DNA of 19,996 nucleotides from a virus: UHGV virus genome UHGV-0195695; one strand, 5' to 3'. Shown piece by piece: positions 7,777 to 16,727 of this stretch (position 1 is its first letter; each line of letters starts with the position of its first letter). The notes under the pieces were generated by a model. It saw only the letters and a program-made list of their open reading frames with translations, ran no database searches and was not told where the DNA came from. The position numbers and the translations under genes were made by a program.

Positions 7777-9899
7777 AACGCGCACCGAATTTAAAGCACC
7801 AGCCGAAAGACAAAATGACGGAGGTGATTATCTTTGCGGGTAGTGATGCCTGGGCACATGCGAAAGAGTGGAGCGAATGGGCCGGAAAGCATATTGCGGC
7901 AGATGATACACATCCAGTTATTCTTGGACCGGAACAACTGGCGAGTCTGGCAGACACGCAAATCATCGACAAAGGGCGCTATTACGTGCGCGTTTATCGT
8001 GCTGGTGAAATATCAGAGCAGCACCTTACACAGATAGCGACACTGCTTGCAGTGGCGGGTGTGAAGGAGGCGCGTTGCTACCGCAGCTTTGTTGATCAGC
8101 AGCCGGAGGACTGGACACCGCGCATGGCTGGACTGAAGGATGATGCGGAACACGGTAACAGTCTGGTGATCAACCTTCCGGCGAAGACAAATTTCACCGG
8201 AAATTATGATGACGAATTAAAGCCTCGTGTTGAAAGTCGCGTCGATGGTGTTTTCTGGGTAACGCCCAAAGTGGACAAGCAGTCAGGCGAAATTATCCGG
8301 CCTGAGACGTGGTTATGTTCTCCGCTTGAACTACTGGGAACAGGAACAATCGGAAAAGAGCATTACCGCGTAATGCGCTGGAAAAAACCAGCAAACCATG
8401 AGGTCATTACAATGGCGGTCCCGTGCGGAGGCATTGGTGACCGTGACGGCTGGCGGTTGCTGAAAGACCACGGTCTTAACGTGACGACCAACGGCAAATA
8501 CAGAGCCATCCTGGCTGACTGGATGCAGTTAAGCGGAAGTCATGAAGAATGGCAGCTAAGCACTACAACGGGCTGGCATTTTGGTGCGTACATCATGCCG
8601 GATGGTTCGGTCATTGGTGAATCAGAGAAACCCATCCTGTTTACCGGAAAAACTGCCGCAGTTAATGGCTATTCCGTGGCGGGAACAGCGGAGGGCTGGC
8701 GCGATACCGTGGCACGGCTGGCTGGTGGTAATCCGTCCATGATGCTGGGTGTGGCGGTATCGCTATCCGCACCATTAATCGGGCTGGTGGGTGCTGACGG
8801 CTTCGGGGTTCATCTTTTTGAGCAATCATCAGCAGGTAAAACCACCACACAGAACATTGCATCAAGTTTATGGGGAGAGCCGGACGCGCAACGGCTGACC
8901 TGGTACGGAACGGCGTTAGGTATCGCCAACGAGGCCGAAGCACATAATGACGGGCTGTTACCCCTGGATGAAATAGGCCAGGCCGGAAACGCGCGGGAGG
9001 TGTCCACGTCAGCCTATACGCTGTTTAACGGTTCCGGGAAATTACAGGGGGCGAAGGACGGCGGCAACAGGGAGATAAAACACTGGCGCACGGTGGCAAT
9101 CAGCACCGGAGAAATGGACGTTGAAACATTCCTCAAAACGGAAGGGATAAAAATTAAAGCGGGGCAGCTTGTCCGTCTGCTTAACGTGCCGATGGAAAAG
9201 GCCTCGCAGTTTCACGAATACAGCACCGGAAAGGCGCACGCAGACGCGTTAAAAGATGCCTGGACAGAAAATCACGGGGCGGCAGGTCGTGAGTGGGTTA
9301 AATGGCTGGCAGGTCACCAGCAGGAGGCAAAGGACGCGGTAAAGGCATGTCGCGAGCGGTGGCGCAACCTGATACCGGAGAGCTACGGCGAGCAGGTTCA
9401 CCGTGTGGGGGAAAGATTCGCCGTACTGGAGGCCGCGCTTGTGCTTTCCGGTCATGTTACAGGCTGGGATGTTCAGGCGTGCCGTGATGCAGTTCAGCAT
9501 AACTTTAATGCCTGGGTGAAGGAATTCGGCACGGGCAACAGGGAATTTAAACAGATGGTTGAACAGGCTGAGGCGTTTTTGTCGTCGTTCGGGTTCAGTC
9601 GATACCTTCCCTATCCAAACAGCGACGAGCGTGATTTACCGATTAAAGACCTTGCCGGATACAGAAAGGGGAGTATCAGAAACGAAGATGACGAGTTCCG
9701 TTTTTACACGTTCCCGCATGTGTTTGAGGGTGAGATAGCACAGGGATTTAATCCGTCTCACTTTGCCCGCGCGTTGAGTGCTGCCGGAATGCTGGAAGCG
9801 GGAGGCGACCGCCGTTACAAGAAAAAGGCGCTCGGCAGGATTGGCGGGAAGCAGCATATTTTTTACGTGCTGATGTTCCAGCCTGAAGCAGAAGATTAA
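7773..9899 (+). CDS. Replication initiator: DUF927-type primase/SF3-helicase-like P-loop NTPase (708 aa)
   Basis: Walker A-like LFEQSSAGKTT and Walker B-like GLLPLDEIGQ in the central region; large protein immediately upstream of an iteron cluster; position matches the pri-rep / alpha-type gene of P4- and PICI-like elements. Confidence 0.8.
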   Translation: MKRAPNLKHQPKDKMTEVIIFAGSDAWAHAKEWSEWAGKHIAADDTHPVILGPEQLASLADTQIIDKGRYYVRVYRAGEISEQHLTQIATLLAVAGVKEARCYRSFVDQQPEDWTPRMAGLKDDAEHGNSLVINLPAKTNFTGNYDDELKPRVESRVDGVFWVTPKVDKQSGEIIRPETWLCSPLELLGTGTIGKEHYRVMRWKKPANHEVITMAVPCGGIGDRDGWRLLKDHGLNVTTNGKYRAILADWMQLSGSHEEWQLSTTTGWHFGAYIMPDGSVIGESEKPILFTGKTAAVNGYSVAGTAEGWRDTVARLAGGNPSMMLGVAVSLSAPLIGLVGADGFGVHLFEQSSAGKTTTQNIASSLWGEPDAQRLTWYGTALGIANEAEAHNDGLLPLDEIGQAGNAREVSTSAYTLFNGSGKLQGAKDGGNREIKHWRTVAISTGEMDVETFLKTEGIKIKAGQLVRLLNVPMEKASQFHEYSTGKAHADALKDAWTENHGAAGREWVKWLAGHQQEAKDAVKACRERWRNLIPESYGEQVHRVGERFAVLEAALVLSGHVTGWDVQACRDAVQHNFNAWVKEFGTGNREFKQMVEQAEAFLSSFGFSRYLPYPNSDERDLPIKDLAGYRKGSIRNEDDEFRFYTFPHVFEGEIAQGFNPSHFARALSAAGMLEAGGDRRYKKKALGRIGGKQHIFYVLMFQPEAED

Positions 9900-9921
9900 C
9901 TTCCCTGTGTGAGGTAAAAAG

Positions 9922-10051
9922 TTGCGGGTTATGCGGGTTATCCTGTGTATAAGTTAATTAACTGCATGATTAAAAAGGAAATCAATAACCCGCACGTAAC
10001 CCGCAAAACGGCAGTTATAACCCGCAAATGTGCGATTGTAACCCGCAAAAT
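9922..10051. repeat. Iteron cluster copy 2 (candidate ori): direct GCGGGTTAT repeats, AT-rich spacer, four inverted TAACCCGCA repeats
   Basis: TTGCGGGTTATGCGGGTTAT at 9922-9941; AT-rich 9942-9984; ATAACCCGCA at 9985-9994, GTAACCCGCAAAA at 9996-10008, ATAACCCGCAAA at 10017-10028, GTAACCCGCAAAA at 10039-10051. Confidence 0.7.
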
Positions 10052-10109
10052 TTCACTGTAAGAGTGTAAACAAGCGTAACTATCACGTTAAAACCGGAGA
10101 ACAAACAGC

Positions 10110-10535
10110 ATGACGGCGCAAATATCAGCTTACGGGCGGCTGGTGGCTGACCCGCAGTTAAAGACCACCAGCAAGGGCACACAAATGGCGATGGCGAGTA
10201 TGGCGGTCCCCCTTCCATGCAATCAGACAGATGACGGAACGGCGACGATGTGGTTATCCGTCCTGGCGTTTGGCAGACAGGCTGACGCACTGGCAAAACA
10301 CCACAAAGGCGAACTGGTGAGCGTGGCCGGTAACATGCAGGTGAGCCGGTGGACGGGCCAGAACGGCGAAACGAGGCAGGGATGGCAGGTTATCGCAGAC
10401 AGCGTAATCAGTGCGCGAACGGCGCGACCGGGCGGCAAAAAAGGCCAGCAGGGGCAGGCTACTGATGCACTGAACAGGGCAAAGCAACAGACAGGCCAGC
10501 ACGATGATCCGTACGGGGACGGGATACCGTTTTAA
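10110..10535 (+). CDS. ssb: Single-stranded DNA-binding protein (SSB-like, 141 aa)
   Basis: OB-fold blocks align with E. coli SSB (GRLVADPQLK..., WLSVLAFGRQADALAKHHKGELVSVAGNMQVSRWTGQNGETRQGWQVIAD); Gly/Gln-rich linker; C-terminal tip DPYGDGIPF resembles the SSB acidic tail ...DDDIPF. Confidence 0.85.
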   Translation: MTAQISAYGRLVADPQLKTTSKGTQMAMASMAVPLPCNQTDDGTATMWLSVLAFGRQADALAKHHKGELVSVAGNMQVSRWTGQNGETRQGWQVIADSVISARTARPGGKKGQQGQATDALNRAKQQTGQHDDPYGDGIPF

Positions 10536-10571
10536 TTCACAACAGCGAACAGAGTAATTACAGGGGAAGGC

Positions 10572-11069
10572 ATGACAAAGCTGACCATAAACAGAAAACC
10601 GAAGGGCATTTACGGCACGCCGCAGAAAACAGCACAGGCGGCGCAGCAGCAGAATAAAACCACATCGGCGCATAAAGTGATGCCAGATAACCAGAACACA
10701 CAGCAGAAGCTCACAGGAGCAACACCGCGGCGGCGTATGACCAAACAGCAGCGTAAAAACCGCAGACGCGTTAACCGTCTTATTGAGCTATGGCCTGAAT
10801 TATTCAGCCCGGAATCACCTAAGCCGCTTAAGGTGGGGATATTTGACGACCTGATACAGGATATTGCCGCGAGAGGTATTTCACTCGGACAGGGAACACT
10901 ACGCGCAACGCTGGCGCGTTATGTGCAGACTCCGCGCTATTACCGCGCCCTGGTAGCTGGTGGCGCGCGTTACGACCTGAAAGGCCAGCCGTGCGGCGAG
11001 GTAACACCACTACAACAGACGCACGCAGGAAAACTACTGGAGGAGATGAATGGAAATAGTAAGAAATGA
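10572..11069 (+). CDS. ProQ/FinO-domain RNA-binding protein (165 aa)
   Basis: [76 protein letters not shown] aligns block by block with the E. coli ProQ N-terminal FinO-like domain (FPHCF...RPLKIGIFQDL...LRSALRLYTSSWRYL...RVDLDGNPCGEL); basic N-terminal extension. Confidence 0.88.
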   Translation: MTKLTINRKPKGIYGTPQKTAQAAQQQNKTTSAHKVMPDNQNTQQKLTGATPRRRMTKQQRKNRRRVNRLIELWPELFSPESPKPLKVGIFDDLIQDIAARGISLGQGTLRATLARYVQTPRYYRALVAGGARYDLKGQPCGEVTPLQQTHAGKLLEEMNGNSKK

Positions 11070-11466
11070 TCACGCACATGGTCGCCGTGCAGGTGATCAC
11101 ATTGTGGATGAAATTGCGGAAAAACAAAGAGTTGACATTGTTGTCAGTGTCACAGTCGAGAGCGCGAAGCGCCAAAATAAGCGTATAAATGATCATTCAG
11201 ATGTACATGGTGTGATCACTCGTTTACGCCAGACTTTTGTAACTCGTGAAGAGATGATTGAAGCTATTGACCAGCATACAGCATGTATCAGCGTCAGGGA
11301 TATACCGGAGATCATTGCTAACTACTTCATGATCACCAGACGCCTTTACCGGAGAAAAGACAAGAGCACGGTTAACCGTCTCCTGATGTCTGATATTCGC
11401 GAATACCTGCAAGAAAGAGGCTATGTGAATCCACCAGAACAGCACTACGGAAGAGTCGGAGGCTAA
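11050..11466 (+). CDS. Hypothetical protein (138 aa)
   Basis: ORF overlapping the end of the ProQ/FinO gene, with GGAGGAG just upstream; no recognised motif. Confidence 0.45.
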   Translation: MEIVRNDHAHGRRAGDHIVDEIAEKQRVDIVVSVTVESAKRQNKRINDHSDVHGVITRLRQTFVTREEMIEAIDQHTACISVRDIPEIIANYFMITRRLYRRKDKSTVNRLLMSDIREYLQERGYVNPPEQHYGRVGG

Positions 11467-11706
11467 CTAAAACCCTGTACCGAAGAGCGGCGGCGCGATG
11501 GGGTGAAGTAATGCAGTTGGGGTACTGACAAGGAACGGTATTGCATATCAATGCGACGACTGGAATGTTCCAGGAAGGCACAGAGGCCACCAAAGCAACC
11601 GGATAATTTAGAAGACCTGAAACGGTCGCTTAAACGCACTGAAAAAGAAATGGGGATAGATGGGATCGGGAAATCAGTATGGCGTAACTACCAGAAGTAA
11701 GCACAG

Positions 11707-11731
11707 AGCCGGAGCAATCCGGCTTTTTTTG
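11707..11731 (+). terminator. Intrinsic terminator
   Basis: Stem AGCCGGA(11707-11713)/TCCGGCT(11718-11724) with GCAA loop, followed by T7 (11724-11730). Confidence 0.7.
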
Positions 11732-11832
11732 GATCTGAACTCAATCAATCTATTTTTATGATAGAAATATATTTATCTACCACTTTTTTCGATCAATAAT
11801 GTGCATAGTTTAGTCAGTAAGAGGAAATTACT

Positions 11833-12039
11833 GTGAATTGTATTAACGACCTGAACACAGGCGATGTCAGAGGTGGTTCCGTTCATCTGGATGCACAGAC
11901 CGTGATGCGCCTTAAGCAGTACAGAATCGACCATGTGAACAATCACCCTGATCAGCCATTACCAGGCGTGGCGCAGATTGTCAGACATGCCGTAAACGCC
12001 TGGCTTAATCAGAATGGTTTTGCATCGGGGGGTGAGTAA
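11833..12039 (+). CDS. Small protein (68 aa, GTG start), first gene of the distal operon; possible small regulator
   Basis: AAGAGGA RBS 7 nt upstream of GTG; preceded by an AT-rich promoter-like region (11740-11830) just after the terminator. Confidence 0.45.
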   Translation: MNCINDLNTGDVRGGSVHLDAQTVMRLKQYRIDHVNNHPDQPLPGVAQIVRHAVNAWLNQNGFASGGE

Positions 12040-12135
12040 TGAATCGCTGGTACAGCATCAAAGCGGAGGGACGCCAATGTTATTTAAATCAGGTTTTATG
12101 AATTCTGGTACACGATTCAAAACAGGGGGTTACTG

Positions 12136-14667
12136 ATGCCAGTCGTACCAACAGTATCCGGACGCCAGGTTGAGAGCCGTGGAGTTCAGTCAGCAGGCTT
12201 GCAGACGTTTTCTCAGCCAGGTATTGGTGATGCTTTTGTTCGGGCAGGGACAGAGGCAATTGATGTTCTTGGTCAGGCAAAACAGCGCGCCAATATTGCC
12301 TTGGTTCAGGAGGCATCCCTTAAACTCAGTCAGACAGGCAGTGATCTGCTGAATAATCCTGAAACAGGATTGCTTAACCTGAAAGGGAAAAATGCTATTG
12401 GAAAAGGCCATGAGTATACACAGCAGTTTGATGCTCAGATCGAACAACTGGCTATGTCGCTGCCGGATGAACAGGCTCGTAATGCTTTCATGCAGCAGGC
12501 GCAGCAGCAGCGTATTCAGTTCGCTACGCAGGCCGGGAGGTACGAGATAGGGCAAATAAATGCCTACGAAGAAGGCCAGTTTCAGGCGACACTGCTGAAT
12601 AATGGTAAAAATGCCTCAGCATTATATGGCGACAACGCAGCATACATATTGGCTAATACGCAAACTTTCCAGCAAATTGAGGATTACGGTATTGCGCATG
12701 GCTGGAGCGACGAGCAAATCCAGGCCAAGAAAATCGAGTTTAAAGAAGCAACAGCAAAAGCAACTGCTCAAAATGCTATTGGAGCAAACTATCTTCAGGT
12801 AAGACAGCAAAACGGCGAGTTAAGCGATACTGCTGCTGGATCTCGCCGTGCTGTAGCAGATAGTGGCTCTTCCGATCGTACCCGCGGTATACGCAACAAT
12901 AACCCCGGCAATCTTGAATACAGCAAAACTAATCCGTGGGTTGGGCAGACTGGTGATGATGGTCGCTTTGCCAAATTCGAAACCCCTGAACACGGTATTC
13001 GCGCGCTTGGTCGCAATTTGCTGTCGTATCAGCGTCAGGGTTATGACACCATCAGCGAAATAATTAATCGCTGGGCACCGGCCAGTGATGATAATAAAAC
13101 TGATGCTTATATACGGGCAGTATGTGCTCAGCTCGGTGTAACTCCTGACCAGCCGCTTGACGCATCAAATCCTGACACACTGAAATCTCTGTGCAAAGCA
13201 ATTATTCATCATGAGCAAGGCAGTCAGCCGTACAGTGATCAGCAATTGGCCGCTGGCGTTAGTGCCGCACTGGGGCTTTCTCAGCTACCGACAAAAAATA
13301 AACGTTATACCGGTGTAGCCTGGTTCGATGCTTTAAGTGAATCAGATCAGGCCAGCGTGTTGCGACAGACGGATGCATTAGCCAGACAGCAGCAGGCTGA
13401 ATATAGAACGATGCTCGAAAGCCGGGTTCGCGATGCAACGGCTGCGTATATGCGTGGCGTTGAATTTCCTAACCCGCCTGGTGAGGGTGAGTTCATTGCT
13501 GCTTATGGTGTCAGAGAAGGAAACCTGCGATATACCGAGTTCAGAAATTTGCAGATCGCCGGACAGTATATAGGCTCTTTCCGCAACATGCCGACAAGCA
13601 GCATTACCGCATATGTTGAGCAATTACGCCCGGATACTGGTGAGACAGGGGAGGGGTATGCGTCTCGTGCGGAGTTATTCGACCGGGTATCGGCGGCAGC
13701 CACGAAGGTAATAACCCAGAGGCAGAATAATCCGTTTAGTGCAGCGGTGGAAATCGGAGCCTATAAGCCGATCACCAGCAACAACCCTGACGACATCACT
13801 GCCGAGGTGGCTAACCGTTTCTCGTCGCAGGAAAGCTTACGCGCGTTGGGAATTAATGCCCCAATCCTCAACAGTGAAGAGGCGGCTGCGCTGGCACAGC
13901 AGGTGCGCGGCACTCAGAACGTTGACCAGACAATTAAACTGTTGCAGAGCATGGGGGAGAAGCTGCCTGCGCCAGCAATACGGCAGGTGGCATCTGTAAT
14001 TGCTCCGAACAGTGCGGCAACAGCCTATTCTGCGCTGCTGCTGGGCACGCCGGATAATCAGTACGATAACACCAGACCGTCGATCCCATATAGTCAGTTC
14101 ATCGGGTATAAGCCGACGATGAACAAGTACGACGTTGCAAAGGTTATTCTTTCCGGTGACCAACTACTGAATCCGACGAAGGCCATGAAGAATGCGGGCA
14201 TAACTCCGGTACAGTTGCCGAGCGAAGATAAGATGAAAGACGCTTTCGACAAACAGGTAGGTAACGCATTTGCCCGTAACCCGCAGTTACGTCAGATCAG
14301 TTATAGCCTTTTCAAAGCCGCTTACGCAGGAATAGCTTATCAATCAGGTGATGCATCTACGGTAAGAACCAGTATGCCTGATACAGACACTGTTGCTGAT
14401 GCCGTGAAGTATGCTACTGGCGGTATATACAAGGATTTTAATGGCGGCGACGTTGTAATGCCTTTCGGCATGGATAAATCTACTTTCAAAGATCGCTATA
14501 CCACATCTGCGAAACAAGCACTGAAAGAAGCCGGACTTAACGTAAATGCAGTGTCAAACTTCACACCAGTTAATATCGGCAATAACCGGTATCGGCTGGT
14601 AAATGGTAGCGGACGCTGGGCAACAGATCCCAGAACCAATGAAGCTATTGTCGTGAGGGTTGAATAA
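12136..14667 (+). CDS. Large hypothetical protein (843 aa); resembles phage virion-associated/ejection proteins (unverified)
   Basis: AGGGGG RBS; ATG overlaps the stop of a 19-codon upstream ORF (12077-12136). Gln/Ala-rich helical-looking N-terminal region, then a conserved-looking block SDRTRGIRNNNPGNLEYSKTNPWVGQ...FAKFETPEHGIRALGRNLLSYQRQGYDTISEIINRWAP. No Walker A motif. Confidence 0.8.
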   Translation: MPVVPTVSGRQVESRGVQSAGLQTFSQPGIGDAFVRAGTEAIDVLGQAKQRANIALVQEASLKLSQTGSDLLNNPETGLLNLKGKNAIGKGHEYTQQFDAQIEQLAMSLPDEQARNAFMQQAQQQRIQFATQAGRYEIGQINAYEEGQFQATLLNNGKNASALYGDNAAYILANTQTFQQIEDYGIAHGWSDEQIQAKKIEFKEATAKATAQNAIGANYLQVRQQNGELSDTAAGSRRAVADSGSSDRTRGIRNNNPGNLEYSKTNPWVGQTGDDGRFAKFETPEHGIRALGRNLLSYQRQGYDTISEIINRWAPASDDNKTDAYIRAVCAQLGVTPDQPLDASNPDTLKSLCKAIIHHEQGSQPYSDQQLAAGVSAALGLSQLPTKNKRYTGVAWFDALSESDQASVLRQTDALARQQQAEYRTMLESRVRDATAAYMRGVEFPNPPGEGEFIAAYGVREGNLRYTEFRNLQIAGQYIGSFRNMPTSSITAYVEQLRPDTGETGEGYASRAELFDRVSAAATKVITQRQNNPFSAAVEIGAYKPITSNNPDDITAEVANRFSSQESLRALGINAPILNSEEAAALAQQVRGTQNVDQTIKLLQSMGEKLPAPAIRQVASVIAPNSAATAYSALLLGTPDNQYDNTRPSIPYSQFIGYKPTMNKYDVAKVILSGDQLLNPTKAMKNAGITPVQLPSEDKMKDAFDKQVGNAFARNPQLRQISYSLFKAAYAGIAYQSGDASTVRTSMPDTDTVADAVKYATGGIYKDFNGGDVVMPFGMDKSTFKDRYTTSAKQALKEAGLNVNAVSNFTPVNIGNNRYRLVNGSGRWATDPRTNEAIVVRVE

Positions 14668-16727
14668 TGTCTGATGTTTTTTCTTTGGCTCCAGAAGGTC
14701 AGGCATGGATTGACGACAAAACAGTTGCCAACCCAGCAAGGCCAGAAGACTACGATCCGACTCCCTTCCAGGGTTCAGGTACTGCACTTTTGAGCGGCGT
14801 GGCGGAGGGGACTCTCGGTCTCGCGCAGTCTGCCGTCGGATTCAGCAAGCGCCTGATTAGCGATCCGGCATTTACCGCAGACGTGGCACCGACTGTTAAT
14901 ATTTTTCGGGAGATGTTCCCTGATGCTGACAAAACACTGAATGATACATACGACACGATCGGAAAACAGTTACAGGATGCCCGCAGCTATGTGAAGCCTG
15001 ATGCAGGCAGTCAGGGAATGGCGGCTGAGGTATTAAATGAGCTTGGTAAATTTGTTCCTGCAATCGGAACAACTATGTTTGGCGGTCCCCTCATCGGCGC
15101 TGCTACAGCTTTCAGTTCTACGTATGAGCAGTCCTATCAGGATTTTAAAGGGAAGGGAGTAGACGAGGCTACGGCGCGTAACCTGGCAACGCAGCAAAGC
15201 CTTTTCAATGCTGTGGGTATGGCCTTACCCGCTGCCGTCGGCACCACACTGGCAACGCGCATTGCCTCAGGTGTGGCAATCAACACCGGATTCGGTGGAC
15301 TGAACCGTTACTCTGTCGGCGCAACACTGGAGGAAAAAGGCTACACGGAGATGGCAAAACAGTACCGGGTATTTGACGGTCAGGCGATGTTAGTCGATGC
15401 CGTTTTAGGCGGGGTCTTTGGTGGCGTTCATCACCTGACTACCCATAATAACCATGATGGTACAGAGTCGAACATTTCTGCAGAAGAAATAAAATCAACT
15501 TTTGGTGAACATTATCAGCAATCTCCTGATGGTAACATTGAGTCAATGGTTCGTGATTTATCTGATTCAGGAGTAATAGAACTTATTAATGAACCAGCAA
15601 TAAAAAATAGTGATGGAGAAATACTTCTGAATAAAGGTCATGTGACAGTAGCTTCTGGAAAAGAACCAATAATAAGAATAAATATTAATGGATTAAAAGA
15701 CCATGAAGAACTGTTAGAAACCCTTCATCACGAGGCGCTTCATCTTGAGCAGCGCCATTACCCTGACTGGAAGGCCAGAAAGCTAGCTAATGCTGTACTT
15801 AAATCTGCAAACAAGCATTCTGACTATCCTGAATTTGCATATGGGATGTCACAATATTATGAATATAAGAAAAGGGGTGAGTACCCTGAAACATATCCTG
15901 AGTGGTTGTACGCTGAAGAAGTTGCCGCACATGCAGTAAATCCATCTCTAAAGACAAGCGTTTCATCATGGGAAAAAATTATTTCAGGTTTTAAAGCCTA
16001 TATATTCAGATACAGTGGTATTCAGGTTGGAACCGTTACACCTGAGCAGTTACGGTTACTCGTAAGTATGCGTCTTCGCAATATGAAACTGGAAGCCGCA
16101 GTAGAAAAAGTTTTTGGTATCCGGGCGAGGGAAAGAATAAAACCAAGCGATATTGATGCAGCCCACATTTTGAATGAGGGGCTTCATTACGATATTGAAT
16201 CGTCACCAGTGCTTCACACCAGCAATGAGAGCATCAACAGCCATGTTGACGCCATGGATGAAGCATACAGGCAACTTAATGATGGTCAGCCTGTAAATGT
16301 TGGGGGGATGGCGCGAGGGCTTGATGGTCCATTGCGATCAGATATATCTGATACTTACCAAGAGCAATACCATGAAATACAAAAGGTTTTTGAAGAAAAT
16401 GGTGTCAGATATGAAACATCATCAGAGCCAATTAGTGAATCGCCTGTCCCTCGTGCTGAAAGTGCTTTCTCATCGGCTGGTGAACACAGAGGGGACGTCA
16501 GCGTTGATCCAGATACAGGGCAGGTTCTCTCATCCAACAGCTATGACCTTATGGCTGCTAGGGACATGGCTGTTGCCAATCCTGAGCTGACTATAGCTCA
16601 CCCGGAAACCGGAAACCCGACAAAACTTTCTGATCTCCTGGCTGAGTTGGATGAACAGATTAAGACAGTCCAGAACGAATCGAAGGTTTATTCTGTAGCG
16701 GCAGCGTGCTTCTTGAGGAACCCATAA
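14667..16727 (+). CDS. Large hypothetical protein (686 aa) with Gly/Ala-rich hydrophobic segments and an AT-rich central insert
   Basis: taATG coupling to the upstream gene; GAGGG RBS. Gly/Ala-rich hydrophobic stretches (FVPAIGTTMFGGPLIGAATAF, AVGMALPAAVGTTLATRIASGVAINTGFGG, AVLGGVFGGV); AT-rich segment 15440-16060 containing HEALH (15729-15743). Confidence 0.8.
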   Translation: MSDVFSLAPEGQAWIDDKTVANPARPEDYDPTPFQGSGTALLSGVAEGTLGLAQSAVGFSKRLISDPAFTADVAPTVNIFREMFPDADKTLNDTYDTIGKQLQDARSYVKPDAGSQGMAAEVLNELGKFVPAIGTTMFGGPLIGAATAFSSTYEQSYQDFKGKGVDEATARNLATQQSLFNAVGMALPAAVGTTLATRIASGVAINTGFGGLNRYSVGATLEEKGYTEMAKQYRVFDGQAMLVDAVLGGVFGGVHHLTTHNNHDGTESNISAEEIKSTFGEHYQQSPDGNIESMVRDLSDSGVIELINEPAIKNSDGEILLNKGHVTVASGKEPIIRININGLKDHEELLETLHHEALHLEQRHYPDWKARKLANAVLKSANKHSDYPEFAYGMSQYYEYKKRGEYPETYPEWLYAEEVAAHAVNPSLKTSVSSWEKIISGFKAYIFRYSGIQVGTVTPEQLRLLVSMRLRNMKLEAAVEKVFGIRARERIKPSDIDAAHILNEGLHYDIESSPVLHTSNESINSHVDAMDEAYRQLNDGQPVNVGGMARGLDGPLRSDISDTYQEQYHEIQKVFEENGVRYETSSEPISESPVPRAESAFSSAGEHRGDVSVDPDTGQVLSSNSYDLMAARDMAVANPELTIAHPETGNPTKLSDLLAELDEQIKTVQNESKVYSVAAACFLRNP

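Noticed and set aside
697-10051. Possibility that the short direct repeats form a CRISPR array
   Set aside because: The repeat units are only 9-12 bp, occur in both orientations around AT-rich spacers, have irregular spacing (0-22 bp) and lack unique spacers of uniform length; they behave like replication iterons.
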